A DNA stretch of 64,000 bases from an uncultured Bacteroidota bacterium (lineage in GTDB: Bacteria; Bacteroidota; Ignavibacteria; UBA10030; UBA6906), in assembly GCA_963700635.1 (NCBI GenBank), contig CAVOYH010000003.1:800001-864000 (forward strand), read 5' to 3'. Below the pieces are notes generated by a model that saw only the letters and a list, made by a program, of their open reading frames with translations, had not been told where the DNA came from and did not search any database. Position 1 is the first letter of the stretch, and each line of letters opens with the position of its first letter. The translations under genes were made by a program, and so were the position numbers. Positions 48,359-57,627 of this stretch are shown here, in pieces.

Positions 48359-48421
48359 GGTATGGTCGTACTGTTCTCTTTAATAGTACGGACACACGGG
48401 AAGAAGGTTGCAGACATGCTG

Positions 48422-49081
48422 TTAGTAGTGCCGGATCCGGTGGCGAAGCTGTCTGTAGAGAAGCTCCCGGGCGCGGAAAATGTGGGCCTTTATCGTCCCG
48501 ATGGGAAGCTTCAGGATCTCTGCAATTTCCTCGTACGATCGTTCTTCGGTGTGCCGGAGTACGATGACACGGCGGTATTTCTCGGGCAGTTGATCAATGG
48601 CCTCTTTCAGAAGTACGGCTTTCTGGTCATTCAGGAGATCCCGATCGGCTTCATATGAATCGTCAGGGAGTTCGAATGTGTAGTCGCTATCCTTCGACTC
48701 TATCGGCTTGTCGATCGAGAACATCTGAAGCTTACGTTTCCGGATGAAGTCTATAGAGTTGTTGGTGGCAATTTTGTAGAGCCAGGTTGAGAAGGCGTAT
48801 TCATCATTAAAGTTCTTGAGGGAGGCAAACGCTTTGATAAAGGCTTCCTGGGTGAGATCCTCAACCTGTTCGCGGTCGTGTACCATGCGGAAAACAAAAC
48901 CAAAAATCGCATCGTGGTACTTCTTCATCAGCTTGGAATAGGCCGCATCATCCCCCTCGAGTGCGTCCTTGATAAGCTGCGAGTCTTCAACACGCGAATC
49001 CAATCGCTTCTGCTCCTTTGAGGAAACAGAAGGGTCAAGGACTTTGCGGTGTCGCGGGGATGTGGACTTGGGACGGGCCAT
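48422..49081 (-). CDS. ECF sigma-70 factor (SigW/RpoE-like)
   Basis: EDLTQEAFIKAF, FSTWLYKIATN, SYEEIAEILKLPIGTIKAHIFRAR. Confidence 0.93.
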   Translation of the reverse strand: MARPKSTSPRHRKVLDPSVSSKEQKRLDSRVEDSQLIKDALEGDDAAYSKLMKKYHDAIFGFVFRMVHDREQVEDLTQEAFIKAFASLKNFNDEYAFSTWLYKIATNNSIDFIRKRKLQMFSIDKPIESKDSDYTFELPDDSYEADRDLLNDQKAVLLKEAIDQLPEKYRRVIVLRHTEERSYEEIAEILKLPIGTIKAHIFRARELLYRQLRHRIRHY

Positions 49082-49094
49082 CGGAATGTGAAAA

Positions 49095-49169
49095 AAGGTA
49101 CAGAAAAGGCCTAAAAGGTGCAAGGAGGCAGATTGGCCGGTTGCTTCGGGAAACGGAAATCCGTACGTT
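49095..49169. promoter_or_regulatory. Divergent sigma70-type promoters (ECF sigma and tmk)
   Basis: Minus strand TTGCAC(49123-49118), 17 nt, TACCTT(49100-49095); plus strand TTGCTT(49141-49146), 17 nt, TACGTT(49164-49169). Confidence 0.55.
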
Positions 49170-49174
49170 GTGCT

Positions 49175-49804
49175 ATGTTTATGACGTTTGAAGGAGTCGA
49201 TTTCAGCGGCAAGACCACGCAGGCCCAAATCCTGGTGGAGAAACTTTCCCGGAAACGTGCGGTGTGCTTCCTGCGTGAACCAGGCGGAACGCCGATTTCA
49301 GAACAAATCCGCAAGATCCTCCTGGACCGGAAAACCCTGGAACTTACGCACGAGGCAGAACTCCTGCTGTTCTCAGCAAGTCGCGCCCAGCTTGTCGCCC
49401 AGGTCATCCGTCCCGCTTTGCAACGCGGAGAGATCGTCATCTGTGACAGGTTCTATGACTCCACGACGGCCTACCAGGGGTATGGGCGCGGCCTCGATCT
49501 GGACGCCGTGCGCACGGTCAATACCTTCGCAACGAACAACCTTGTGCCGGATCTGACGATCGTTGTGGACATACCAGTGGAAGAAATTGAACGGCGGAAG
49601 CAGGCAGCCGGAAAAGGGTTCGATCGTATGGAATCCGCGGGACGGGAGTTTTTTGAACGTGTCAGAGCCGGATACAACACACTATGCGAACAGGATCCGC
49701 GGCGGGTGATCCGCGTCGACGGTCTGCGGCCCGTCGAGGTAATCCACGCCGACATTCTGAACATCGCCACACAGGCTATGGGCATTCATGAACAATCAGT
49801 GTAG
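49175..49804 (+). CDS. tmk: Thymidylate kinase
   Basis: FEGVDFSGKTTQ, REPGG, CDRFYDSTTAYQG. Confidence 0.96.
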   Translation: MFMTFEGVDFSGKTTQAQILVEKLSRKRAVCFLREPGGTPISEQIRKILLDRKTLELTHEAELLLFSASRAQLVAQVIRPALQRGEIVICDRFYDSTTAYQGYGRGLDLDAVRTVNTFATNNLVPDLTIVVDIPVEEIERRKQAAGKGFDRMESAGREFFERVRAGYNTLCEQDPRRVIRVDGLRPVEVIHADILNIATQAMGIHEQSV

Positions 49805-49816
49805 GTGAAGGAACGT

Positions 49817-51487
49817 ATGAACGGGGCAAACGAAAAGTGGTCGTGGGAACAGAGAATCGCCGCCATCGGACTTGTGGCTGCGGTGATGCTCTTCAGCGGT
49901 TTTATGATGGCACCCGAGAGTACACTGCTCCTCAAGATCAGCAAGAGCATCGATGTGTTCGGACGGGTGTACAAAGAGGTGGCCGTGTCCTACGTGGACG
50001 ACATCGATCCGGAAAAGTTTATGGAAGCGGGGATCCAGGGTATGCTCGGGACCCTCGATCCGTATACCGTCTACATCGACAAGAACAACGGCGATGAAGT
50101 TGACCTCCTGACCAACGGGAAATACGGCGGCATCGGGGTAACGATCGGTACCCGCGATGGAGCGGTTCGTGTGATCTCGGTGATGGAGGGATACTCTGCA
50201 CACCGTCAGGGCATCGTCCCGGGAGACCGTTTTATAGAAATCGGAGGGGTAAAAGTCAGCGGCCTCAAGCCTGAGGAGATTCGTAACCTTACCCGCGGTG
50301 AACCGCGAAGTGATGTGAAAGTGTTGATTGAGCGTGACGGCGAACCAAAACCGATGGTGTTCGTTCTGATCCGCGAAGAAATCCAGGTGAAGAATGTGAC
50401 CTACACCGGCATGCTCGAGAACGGTATCGGCTACGTCCGCCTCGAGCGCTTTTCACGGCGCGCGGGCGATGAACTCCGGTTGGCCATAAAGGAATTAAAG
50501 CTGACCAATGATGTACGCGGACTTGTCCTTGATCTGCGGGGCAATCCGGGAGGTCTTCTCGACGCGGCCGTTGATGTTGTCAGCAAGTTTGTACCCCGGG
50601 GAAGTCTGGTTGTGAGCACGCGTGGCCGCCGCCCTGAAACGGACAAAGCATATCTCTCCAGCGAAGAACCCATCCTTTCGTCTGTGCCGATGGTGGTGCT
50701 GACGGACAGAAACAGCGCCAGTGCCAGCGAGATTGTCGCCGGTAGTCTGCAGGATCTCGACCGGGCACTCGTTGTCGGGACAAGGACGTTCGGTAAAGGA
50801 CTCGTCCAGACTATCGTCCCGCTCAACTACGGAGCACAATTAAAAATCACCACGGCGCGGTACTTCATTCCCAGCGGACGCAGCATTCAGGAAATCGACT
50901 ACATGCACCGTGACCGAAACGGTGTCTTTGCCGTCACCCCGGACAGTCTGCGCAGGGAATTTAAGACCTCCCGCGGCCGGAAAGTGTACGAACTGGGTGG
51001 TATCATGCCGGACTCTACTGTTGAGCCGCTGGCCGATGGTCCGATGGTGCGCGAATTACGCCGAAAGTCACTGTTCTTCAAATTTGCCAATCGGTACGTC
51101 AACGAGCATAAGGGTGACTCTATCACCTCCGTCACGCCCGGCATCCTTCAGTCGTTTCGCACGTTTCTTGAGAAGGAACAGTTTGATTTTCAGGAAGACA
51201 GCGAGAAGCATGTGAATGAGCTCCGCACCATTGCACAACGCTCGCACTACTCGAAAGAAGTGCTCAGTGATATTGAACACCTCACCAAAGCGCTGCAAAA
51301 AGAAAAAGATCGCGGCTTTGAACGGTATCGTGAGACACTCGAGGAAGAGCTGCGGATAGAGCTGATGGCACGGGTTCAGGGGGAACGCGGACGTATTGAG
51401 GCCTCATTCCGGACAGACGTTCAACTCGACGTTGCGACGGCCCTCTTGCGTGATACAAAGCAATACGTCCGGCGTATCGGCGGCTAA
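49817..51487 (+). CDS. S41 family carboxy-terminal processing protease (alternative GTG start 49805)
   Basis: TLDPYT, YGGIG PDZ, DLRGNPGGLL, SASASEIVAG, TFGKGLVQ. Confidence 0.95.
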   Translation: MNGANEKWSWEQRIAAIGLVAAVMLFSGFMMAPESTLLLKISKSIDVFGRVYKEVAVSYVDDIDPEKFMEAGIQGMLGTLDPYTVYIDKNNGDEVDLLTNGKYGGIGVTIGTRDGAVRVISVMEGYSAHRQGIVPGDRFIEIGGVKVSGLKPEEIRNLTRGEPRSDVKVLIERDGEPKPMVFVLIREEIQVKNVTYTGMLENGIGYVRLERFSRRAGDELRLAIKELKLTNDVRGLVLDLRGNPGGLLDAAVDVVSKFVPRGSLVVSTRGRRPETDKAYLSSEEPILSSVPMVVLTDRNSASASEIVAGSLQDLDRALVVGTRTFGKGLVQTIVPLNYGAQLKITTARYFIPSGRSIQEIDYMHRDRNGVFAVTPDSLRREFKTSRGRKVYELGGIMPDSTVEPLADGPMVRELRRKSLFFKFANRYVNEHKGDSITSVTPGILQSFRTFLEKEQFDFQEDSEKHVNELRTIAQRSHYSKEVLSDIEHLTKALQKEKDRGFERYRETLEEELRIELMARVQGERGRIEASFRTDVQLDVATALLRDTKQYVRRIGG

Positions 51488-51498
51488 GGAGAACCCGA

Positions 51499-52302
51499 AT
51501 GGATATTCTGACAATCCTGCTGCTCCTGCTTGGGGGCATCCTCTCCGGATTTCTGGCAGGGTTTTTCGGTGTGGGCGGTGGGATTATCCTGGTACCCATT
51601 CTGCTCTATTTCTTCCAGAGTATCCACGTCTCGTCTCTGGTCTCTACACATCTTGCATTCGGAACCAGCCTGCTGATCGTGCTGTTTGCATCCTTCTCTT
51701 CCGCGATACAGTATTCTCGAAACGGACATGTTGTCTGGAAGGGCGTGATCACAATCGGTCTGGCCAGCGTGGCCGGCGGATTACTCGGTGCACTGATCGC
51801 GGGGGGACTGGAAGGCAAAGTGCTGCGTCAGATCTTTGCGGCCGTCGTTATCCTCTCGGCACTGCGCCTCTTTGCGGAAACACGAAAACCCAAAGTGGAG
51901 GAGATGCCCCCGCTGCATGTCCCTCCTCTGCTCGGCACCGGTTTTCTGGTCGGAATGGTGTCATCGCTCGCCGGGGTTGGCGGAGGAGTTCTCTCCATTC
52001 CCATCATGCATTCGATTCTGAAATTCCCGCTCAAAAAAGCACTGGGAACCTCCAGCGCAACAATTGTCATCACCGCGCTCGCGGCCGGGACGGGATATGT
52101 GATCAAAGGATGGGATAACACTCTGCTGCCCGGCGGGACGCTGGGATTTGTGGATTGGCTGCATGCCCTCCCGCTCATCGCCGGCTCCATTCCAATGGCC
52201 GCGGTGGGCGCACACGTCGCCAACAAGACGAAGGTTTCACTGTTGAAGCGTATCTTTGCTCTGTTTCTCCTTGTTATCGCGTTCCGGATATTGCTCTTCT
52301 GA
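51499..52302 (+). CDS. TauE/SafE (sulfite exporter) family membrane protein
   Basis: Duplicated GVGGG..P motifs, GTS, about eight TM helices. Confidence 0.9.
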   Translation: MDILTILLLLLGGILSGFLAGFFGVGGGIILVPILLYFFQSIHVSSLVSTHLAFGTSLLIVLFASFSSAIQYSRNGHVVWKGVITIGLASVAGGLLGALIAGGLEGKVLRQIFAAVVILSALRLFAETRKPKVEEMPPLHVPPLLGTGFLVGMVSSLAGVGGGVLSIPIMHSILKFPLKKALGTSSATIVITALAAGTGYVIKGWDNTLLPGGTLGFVDWLHALPLIAGSIPMAAVGAHVANKTKVSLLKRIFALFLLVIAFRILLF

Positions 52303-52306
52303 TATC

Positions 52307-52927
52307 CTACTCCAACCGTTCCTGCACCAATCGCAGGATGTGACGCAGGTCCTCCTGGTTGTTTACAAAGTCCATGTTGTCGGACTCCACCACCAGCAGT
52401 TTCCCCTTTGTGTACCGTCCGATCCACGATTCATAGTGGTGGTTGAGCTGCTCCAGATATTCCCGCGTGATGGATTGCTCGAAGTCGCGTCCGCGCAGGG
52501 ATATCTGCCGGAGGAGGGTGTCAACGTTTGCGCGCAGATAAATCAGAAGCTCCGGAGGATGAAGATACGCCGTCATCACGTCATACAGCGCCACATAGTT
52601 GTTGTAATCCCGCTCTTCCATGTTCCCGATTTCGAAAAGATTTCGTGCAAAGATCTCTGCATCTTCATAAATGACCCGGTCCAGAACAACCGACTGTGAT
52701 CCTTCCGTAATGGCTTTATGCGATCGGAACCGGTTAGAGAGAAAATAGACCTGAAGCTGAAACGACCATCGGCGCATATCCTTGTAGAAATCACTCAGGT
52801 AAGGGTTATCCTCGACCGATTCATACATCGGTATCCACCCGTTGGCGGTGCTCAAGAGACGGGTCAGGGATGATTTTCCGGATCCGATGTTTCCGGCAAC
52901 CGCAACGAACGCTTTCTTGGATTTCAT
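52307..52927 (-). CDS. Deoxynucleoside kinase
   Basis: AGNIGSGKSS, NPYLSDFY, DRVIYED, RGRDFE. Confidence 0.93.
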   Translation of the reverse strand: MKSKKAFVAVAGNIGSGKSSLTRLLSTANGWIPMYESVEDNPYLSDFYKDMRRWSFQLQVYFLSNRFRSHKAITEGSQSVVLDRVIYEDAEIFARNLFEIGNMEERDYNNYVALYDVMTAYLHPPELLIYLRANVDTLLRQISLRGRDFEQSITREYLEQLNHHYESWIGRYTKGKLLVVESDNMDFVNNQEDLRHILRLVQERLE

Positions 52928-53805
52928 GGTGTGATCCGGTGTAAGAGAGAAAAGAGGAGCTGAAGTCCGTCCACGGCGCGCGGTCCGGGACGCGAAATAA
53001 TGTCGGCGTCAAGACGAAACACGCGTCCTGTCCGCACGCAGGTCAACGCTGACCATTCAGGGTACAGTGCCATGATGGCGTCGGTTGCGGGGAGTACGTC
53101 GGACATGACGAACAGGACATCCGGATCATACGCCACAACGGCTTCACGGCTGAGGGTTGGATAGGTGAGCCCGGTCCGGGCAGCAAGGTTTGTGGCGCCG
53201 GCGTTGCGCAGGAGTTCATCAATAAAGGTGCGTTCACCCGCCGCGATCAACGGTTGCAACGATACAAAAAGCAACGCGCGAACGCCCTCTGTCCGGTTCT
53301 TCTGCAGAATGTTATCGGTGAGCCGGCGGAGACGCCGGACGGCCCGCAACGCGCTATCCGCCTGCCCGGAAAGTGTGCCGAGCATGTGCAGGGAGTGATA
53401 AATGCCCTCAAGAGTCCGCGGATTGGTCACAACCACGGGAATGCCGAGGTGTACCAACCGGGAAAAATCATCACGTTGATTTCCTTCCATGCTCATGACA
53501 ACAAGATCGGGATGGAGGGCGACGATGGCTTCGATCGACAGTGTTGTCATTCCTCCAACGCGGGGTCTGACGCGGGCGGCGGGAGGAAAGTTGCAGTATT
53601 CGGTAACCCCGACGACACGATCACCGGCGCCGATCGCAAAAAGAGATTCTGTGATGCTGGGTGCCAGAGAGACGATCGCCCTTGCCGGAGCGGGAAGTGT
53701 GACGGTCCGCTGGAGGTCATCCACAATGGTGACCTGGGCGGTTGAGACCGTACAACCTGCCAACCAGAAAAGTGCTGCGATATAGAGACGCAGAGACAAT
53801 GGCAT
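52924..53805 (-). CDS. btuF: BtuF-like cobalamin/Fe-complex ABC transporter substrate-binding protein
   Basis: IVSLAPSITE, VVGVTEYCNFP, EAIVALHPDLV, SRPGPR; signal peptide or lipobox LAGC. Confidence 0.8.
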   Translation of the reverse strand: MPLSLRLYIAALFWLAGCTVSTAQVTIVDDLQRTVTLPAPARAIVSLAPSITESLFAIGAGDRVVGVTEYCNFPPAARVRPRVGGMTTLSIEAIVALHPDLVVMSMEGNQRDDFSRLVHLGIPVVVTNPRTLEGIYHSLHMLGTLSGQADSALRAVRRLRRLTDNILQKNRTEGVRALLFVSLQPLIAAGERTFIDELLRNAGATNLAARTGLTYPTLSREAVVAYDPDVLFVMSDVLPATDAIMALYPEWSALTCVRTGRVFRLDADIISRPGPRAVDGLQLLFSLLHRITP

Positions 53806-53815
53806 TATCGGGATA

Positions 53816-54835
53816 TCAGTAACTGTCATCCGTGATCACCACCTTGCCCTTGAACACCCGGTAAATGAAGATCGTATATCCGATCACCAGGGGCATCCCG
53901 ATGAGAGCAATCACCAGCATGGTCTTCAGGGTGATTTCACTCGAAGAAGCATTGTAAATGGTCAGGCTGTAGTGCAGATCGCCAAGGGAAGGAACAAGGC
54001 GCGGAAAAAGGCTGAGTGCGCTCAATCCCATCATACACCCGATGGTCAAGGATGATGCGAGGAAGGCAAGCCCGTTCCTCCCGGCCTTTGCAGCGACGGG
54101 GATACAAAGCACAGAGCAGAGCAGCAGTACAAAAAGAACCCAGAAGAGTGGATGCGCGAGCATTCCCTCAAACAGGAACGGAGAGACAAAGATCGTACCG
54201 AGCGTGGCAAGGAGGTAGAGGATGACCATGGTGATCCACAGCGGAGAGACCCACGTGCTGATCCGCCGTTTCATATCACCGTCGGATTTCAAAACAAGAT
54301 AGAGGGCGCCATGCATCGTGAAGAGAACCAGACACAGCAGCCCTATGAGGATGGCGTACGGATTTAACAGGGTGAAAAAACTCCCCGTGAAGTTGTGATC
54401 CCCGTCGAGCGGAAGACCCCGGAGTATATTGCCGAATGCGACGCCGAACAGGATGGCGGGAAGGAGACTGCCGAGGCCGAAAGACCAATCCCAGAACCGT
54501 TTCCATGCCACGGACTCCACTTTTCCGCGGAATTCCAGCGAAACAGCCCGGAAGATCAGGGCGGCAAGAAGCAGCATGATGGCAATATAGAAACCGCTGA
54601 ACACGGTTGCATAGACAATCGGGAACGCGGCAAACAATGCCCCGCCGGCGGTGAGCAGCCACACTTCGTTACCGTCCCAGACTGGACCAATCGCATTAAT
54701 GTGGATACGGCGCTCATGGTCGGAACGGGCAAAGAGGTGCAGCACCCCGACTCCCAGGTCAAATCCATCCAGAATGGCATATCCGGTGAGGAGTACACCG
54801 AGAAGCAGAAACCAGGTTTCGTTCAGGTCCATCAT
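53816..54835 (-). CDS. cydB: Cytochrome bd ubiquinol oxidase subunit II
   Basis: LDGFDLGVG, GPVWDGNEVWL, FAAFP, YRVFKGKV. Confidence 0.97.
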   Translation of the reverse strand: MMDLNETWFLLLGVLLTGYAILDGFDLGVGVLHLFARSDHERRIHINAIGPVWDGNEVWLLTAGGALFAAFPIVYATVFSGFYIAIMLLLAALIFRAVSLEFRGKVESVAWKRFWDWSFGLGSLLPAILFGVAFGNILRGLPLDGDHNFTGSFFTLLNPYAILIGLLCLVLFTMHGALYLVLKSDGDMKRRISTWVSPLWITMVILYLLATLGTIFVSPFLFEGMLAHPLFWVLFVLLLCSVLCIPVAAKAGRNGLAFLASSLTIGCMMGLSALSLFPRLVPSLGDLHYSLTIYNASSSEITLKTMLVIALIGMPLVIGYTIFIYRVFKGKVVITDDSY

Positions 54836-56166
54836 ACAAGCACCTCCTTTCCGGGCATCGGTGGGGGACCATGTTTAACCTTCCGTACCAGCAGATACAC
54901 ATAGAGCGAACCCAGGAAGATATACACGACCCCGAAGAGAATAATGGAGAAAAGAATTTCTTCGGCTGAAACCGTAATGGACGCTCCCTCGCTTGTGCGC
55001 AGAAGCTTGTACACAATCCACGGCTGGCGCCCGACTTCAGCCGTAATCCAGCCCAATTGACAGGCGGCAAGAGGAAGGGGAATGGACCAGAGCAGAGCCT
55101 TCAGGGTCTTCGGGCTGTCCCATAATGTGCCGCGCCAGAGCTTAACGGCGGCGATGGTGGTCAGCAGGATGAAAAACAGACCCAGCACGACCATATTGTG
55201 GAACGAGACAAAGGTGAGCCAGAGGGGAGGGATTTCATCGGCGGGAAACTCATTGATGCCCTTGATGGTTGCATGAGGATCGCCGAATGCCATCCAGCTG
55301 AGGAGTCCCGGAATTTCCACCGTGGCGTTGAGTGTCGGTGGATCGGTCGTCGGCACCGCGAAGAAAACAAGTGGAGCGTTATCCTGGCTGGTGTAGAGCC
55401 CTTCAATCGCGGCGAACTTTTCCGGTTGCGTGTGTGCGACCTGCCGGGTGTGTTCATGGCCAAACGGCATTAACTCGAGGATGGACGTAACCAATCCGAA
55501 GATCACCGCGACGCGCATCGCCTTTTTTGCAAACTCCATCTCACGTTTCTGGAGGATGTAGTACGCGGCAATCCCGGCCATAAGAAATGCGCCGCTGATC
55601 AGCGCCGCGTCAATGGTATGAAAGAACCGGATCCACATCGAAGGCGTAAACACTGCGTCTGCAAAGTTTGTCATTTCAGCGCGGCCGTTGCGCAGGACAT
55701 ACCCTGCGGGCGTCTGTTGCCACGAGTTGGCGACAAGAATCCAGAACGCCGAGAGGGTTGAACCAACCGCGACCATCAGAGCGGAAAACCAGTGCACACC
55801 CCTCGAAACGCGGTGGCGGCCGAACAGATATAAGCCGAGAAAACCGGACTCAAGGAAGAATGCAAAGACACCTTCGGCAGCAAGCGGTGCCCCAAAAATG
55901 TCGCCGACAAATTTGGAATACTGCGCCCAATTTGTCCCGAATTGAAATTCCATCACAATGCCTGTGGCAACCCCTACGGCAAATGTCAGACCGAGCACCT
56001 TGCCGAAAAACATGCCGATGCGCTTGTACACCTCATCCTTTTTCCGCCAGCCCAGAGTTTCCACTACCACAAGGAGCCATGCAAGTCCGATGGTCAGGGG
56101 TGGGAAGAGAAAGTGAAATCCGATGGTCAACGCAAACTGCAGTCGGGCAAGCAGCAATGCATCCAT
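54832..56166 (-). CDS. cydA: Cytochrome bd ubiquinol oxidase subunit I (short Q-loop)
   Basis: ARLQFA..FHFLF, EFQFGTNW, QPEKFAAIEG, AEVGRQPW. Confidence 0.97.
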   Translation of the reverse strand: MDALLLARLQFALTIGFHFLFPPLTIGLAWLLVVVETLGWRKKDEVYKRIGMFFGKVLGLTFAVGVATGIVMEFQFGTNWAQYSKFVGDIFGAPLAAEGVFAFFLESGFLGLYLFGRHRVSRGVHWFSALMVAVGSTLSAFWILVANSWQQTPAGYVLRNGRAEMTNFADAVFTPSMWIRFFHTIDAALISGAFLMAGIAAYYILQKREMEFAKKAMRVAVIFGLVTSILELMPFGHEHTRQVAHTQPEKFAAIEGLYTSQDNAPLVFFAVPTTDPPTLNATVEIPGLLSWMAFGDPHATIKGINEFPADEIPPLWLTFVSFHNMVVLGLFFILLTTIAAVKLWRGTLWDSPKTLKALLWSIPLPLAACQLGWITAEVGRQPWIVYKLLRTSEGASITVSAEEILFSIILFGVVYIFLGSLYVYLLVRKVKHGPPPMPGKEVLV

Positions 56167-56323
56167 ACAAGAGCTCCTTCAGAATGGATGGGCCAGCGGG
56201 GGGTGAGGTGCCGGCCGCCTGGATGAGTTTTTCGTTCACAATATACGATTCCATCCTGACCGGGGCAATGGTATCGTGTATGCCTGCCGAATTCAGACAA
56301 TAGGGGGCAGGAGTGATCCGGGG

Positions 56324-56353
56324 TTGACAATCCCTGTTATTATTCCTTACTAT
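56324..56353 (+). promoter_or_regulatory. Sigma70-type promoter of murA
   Basis: TTGACA(56324-56329), 18 nt, TACTAT(56348-56353); ATG 10 nt downstream. Confidence 0.55.
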
Positions 56354-56363
56354 TGAGCATCCT

Positions 56364-57626
56364 ATGGACAAATTCGTGATTTGCGGGGGGAAACCCCTGA
56401 ATGGCACCGTCAGCATCAGCGGTGCGAAGAACGCTTCTCTTGCCCTGATGCCTGCAGCTCTCCTGGCCGGCGGCATATTTTATCTCCGGAATACCCCCCG
56501 GCTGCGGGATGTGAGCACCATGGCGGCTCTGCTTCGGACGATGGGAATTGCGGCAGAACTGAACGGGCATACCCTCCGCCTGGACACCAGCGGAATCAAA
56601 CATTTTGAAGCTCCCTATGAGCATGTCAAAAAGATGCGTGCCTCGATTTATGTGCTCGGGCCGCTGGTTGCCCGGTACGGTCGAGCCAAGGTCTCCCTTC
56701 CCGGCGGTTGCGCCTGGGGGCCACGACCGGTGAATCTGCATATCGAGGCGCTCAGGAAGCTCGGCGCGGAGATTGACATGCACGAAGGATACATATTCGC
56801 GCGTGCCAACAGACTGATTGGAACGCGTATTCACTTCGATGTCTCAAGCGTCGGGGCGACCGGCAACACCATGATGGCCGCGGTCCTGGCAAAGGGCGCC
56901 ACCCTTATCGAAAATGCCGCCATTGAACCCGAAATCACCCAGCTGGCTGAGTTCCTTGTTGCCATGGGCGCAAGGATCGGAGGCATCGGGACCAGCCGGA
57001 TCGAGATCCAGGGCGTCGATGAACTCCATGCCACGGATATCAACACTATCCCGGATCGAATCGAAGCCGGAACGTTCCTCGTTGCCGCTGCGCTCTGTGG
57101 TGGCACGATTACGCTCAAGGATGTGATTCCCGATCAGCTTGCCGCTGTCACCACAAAACTTCAGGATGCCGGCGCACATCTTTCCAGCGACGAGAGCAGC
57201 ATAACCATCAGCGGATCTTCATCCATCATGCCGGTTGACGTCACCGCCAGCGTCTATCCGGGCTTTCCGACTGATATGCAAGCCCAATGGACGGCGCTCA
57301 TGTCCGTTGCCCGTGGCGCCGCAGTGGTGACGGATTCAATCTACTCTGACCGGTTCAAACATATTCCGGAAATGATCCGGCTCGGTGCGGATATCGAAGT
57401 AAAAGACAACGCGGCCATCGTCCGGGGAGTAGAACGCCTCACGGGCGCAAAGGTGATGTCGACCGATCTTCGTGCGTCAGCATCACTCATCCTTGCGGGC
57501 CTGGTTGCTGAAGGAACAACGGAAGTCCTGAGGGTGTACCATCTTGATCGCGGTTATGAGACGATCGAGACGAAACTACGCACGCTCGGAGCAGATATCA
57601 AACGGGTAGCGGGAGAGGAGTTCTAG
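56364..57626 (+). CDS. murA: UDP-N-acetylglucosamine 1-carboxyvinyltransferase
   Basis: SGAKNA, LPGGCAWGPRP, SVGAT, PDRIEAGT, YPGFPTDMQ, HLDRGYE. Confidence 0.98.
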   Translation: MDKFVICGGKPLNGTVSISGAKNASLALMPAALLAGGIFYLRNTPRLRDVSTMAALLRTMGIAAELNGHTLRLDTSGIKHFEAPYEHVKKMRASIYVLGPLVARYGRAKVSLPGGCAWGPRPVNLHIEALRKLGAEIDMHEGYIFARANRLIGTRIHFDVSSVGATGNTMMAAVLAKGATLIENAAIEPEITQLAEFLVAMGARIGGIGTSRIEIQGVDELHATDINTIPDRIEAGTFLVAAALCGGTITLKDVIPDQLAAVTTKLQDAGAHLSSDESSITISGSSSIMPVDVTASVYPGFPTDMQAQWTALMSVARGAAVVTDSIYSDRFKHIPEMIRLGADIEVKDNAAIVRGVERLTGAKVMSTDLRASASLILAGLVAEGTTEVLRVYHLDRGYETIETKLRTLGADIKRVAGEEF

Positions 57627-57627
57627 C

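Noticed and set aside
56225-56242. Rex-like TTGTGAA half site upstream of cydA
   Set aside because: The second half of the palindrome is absent
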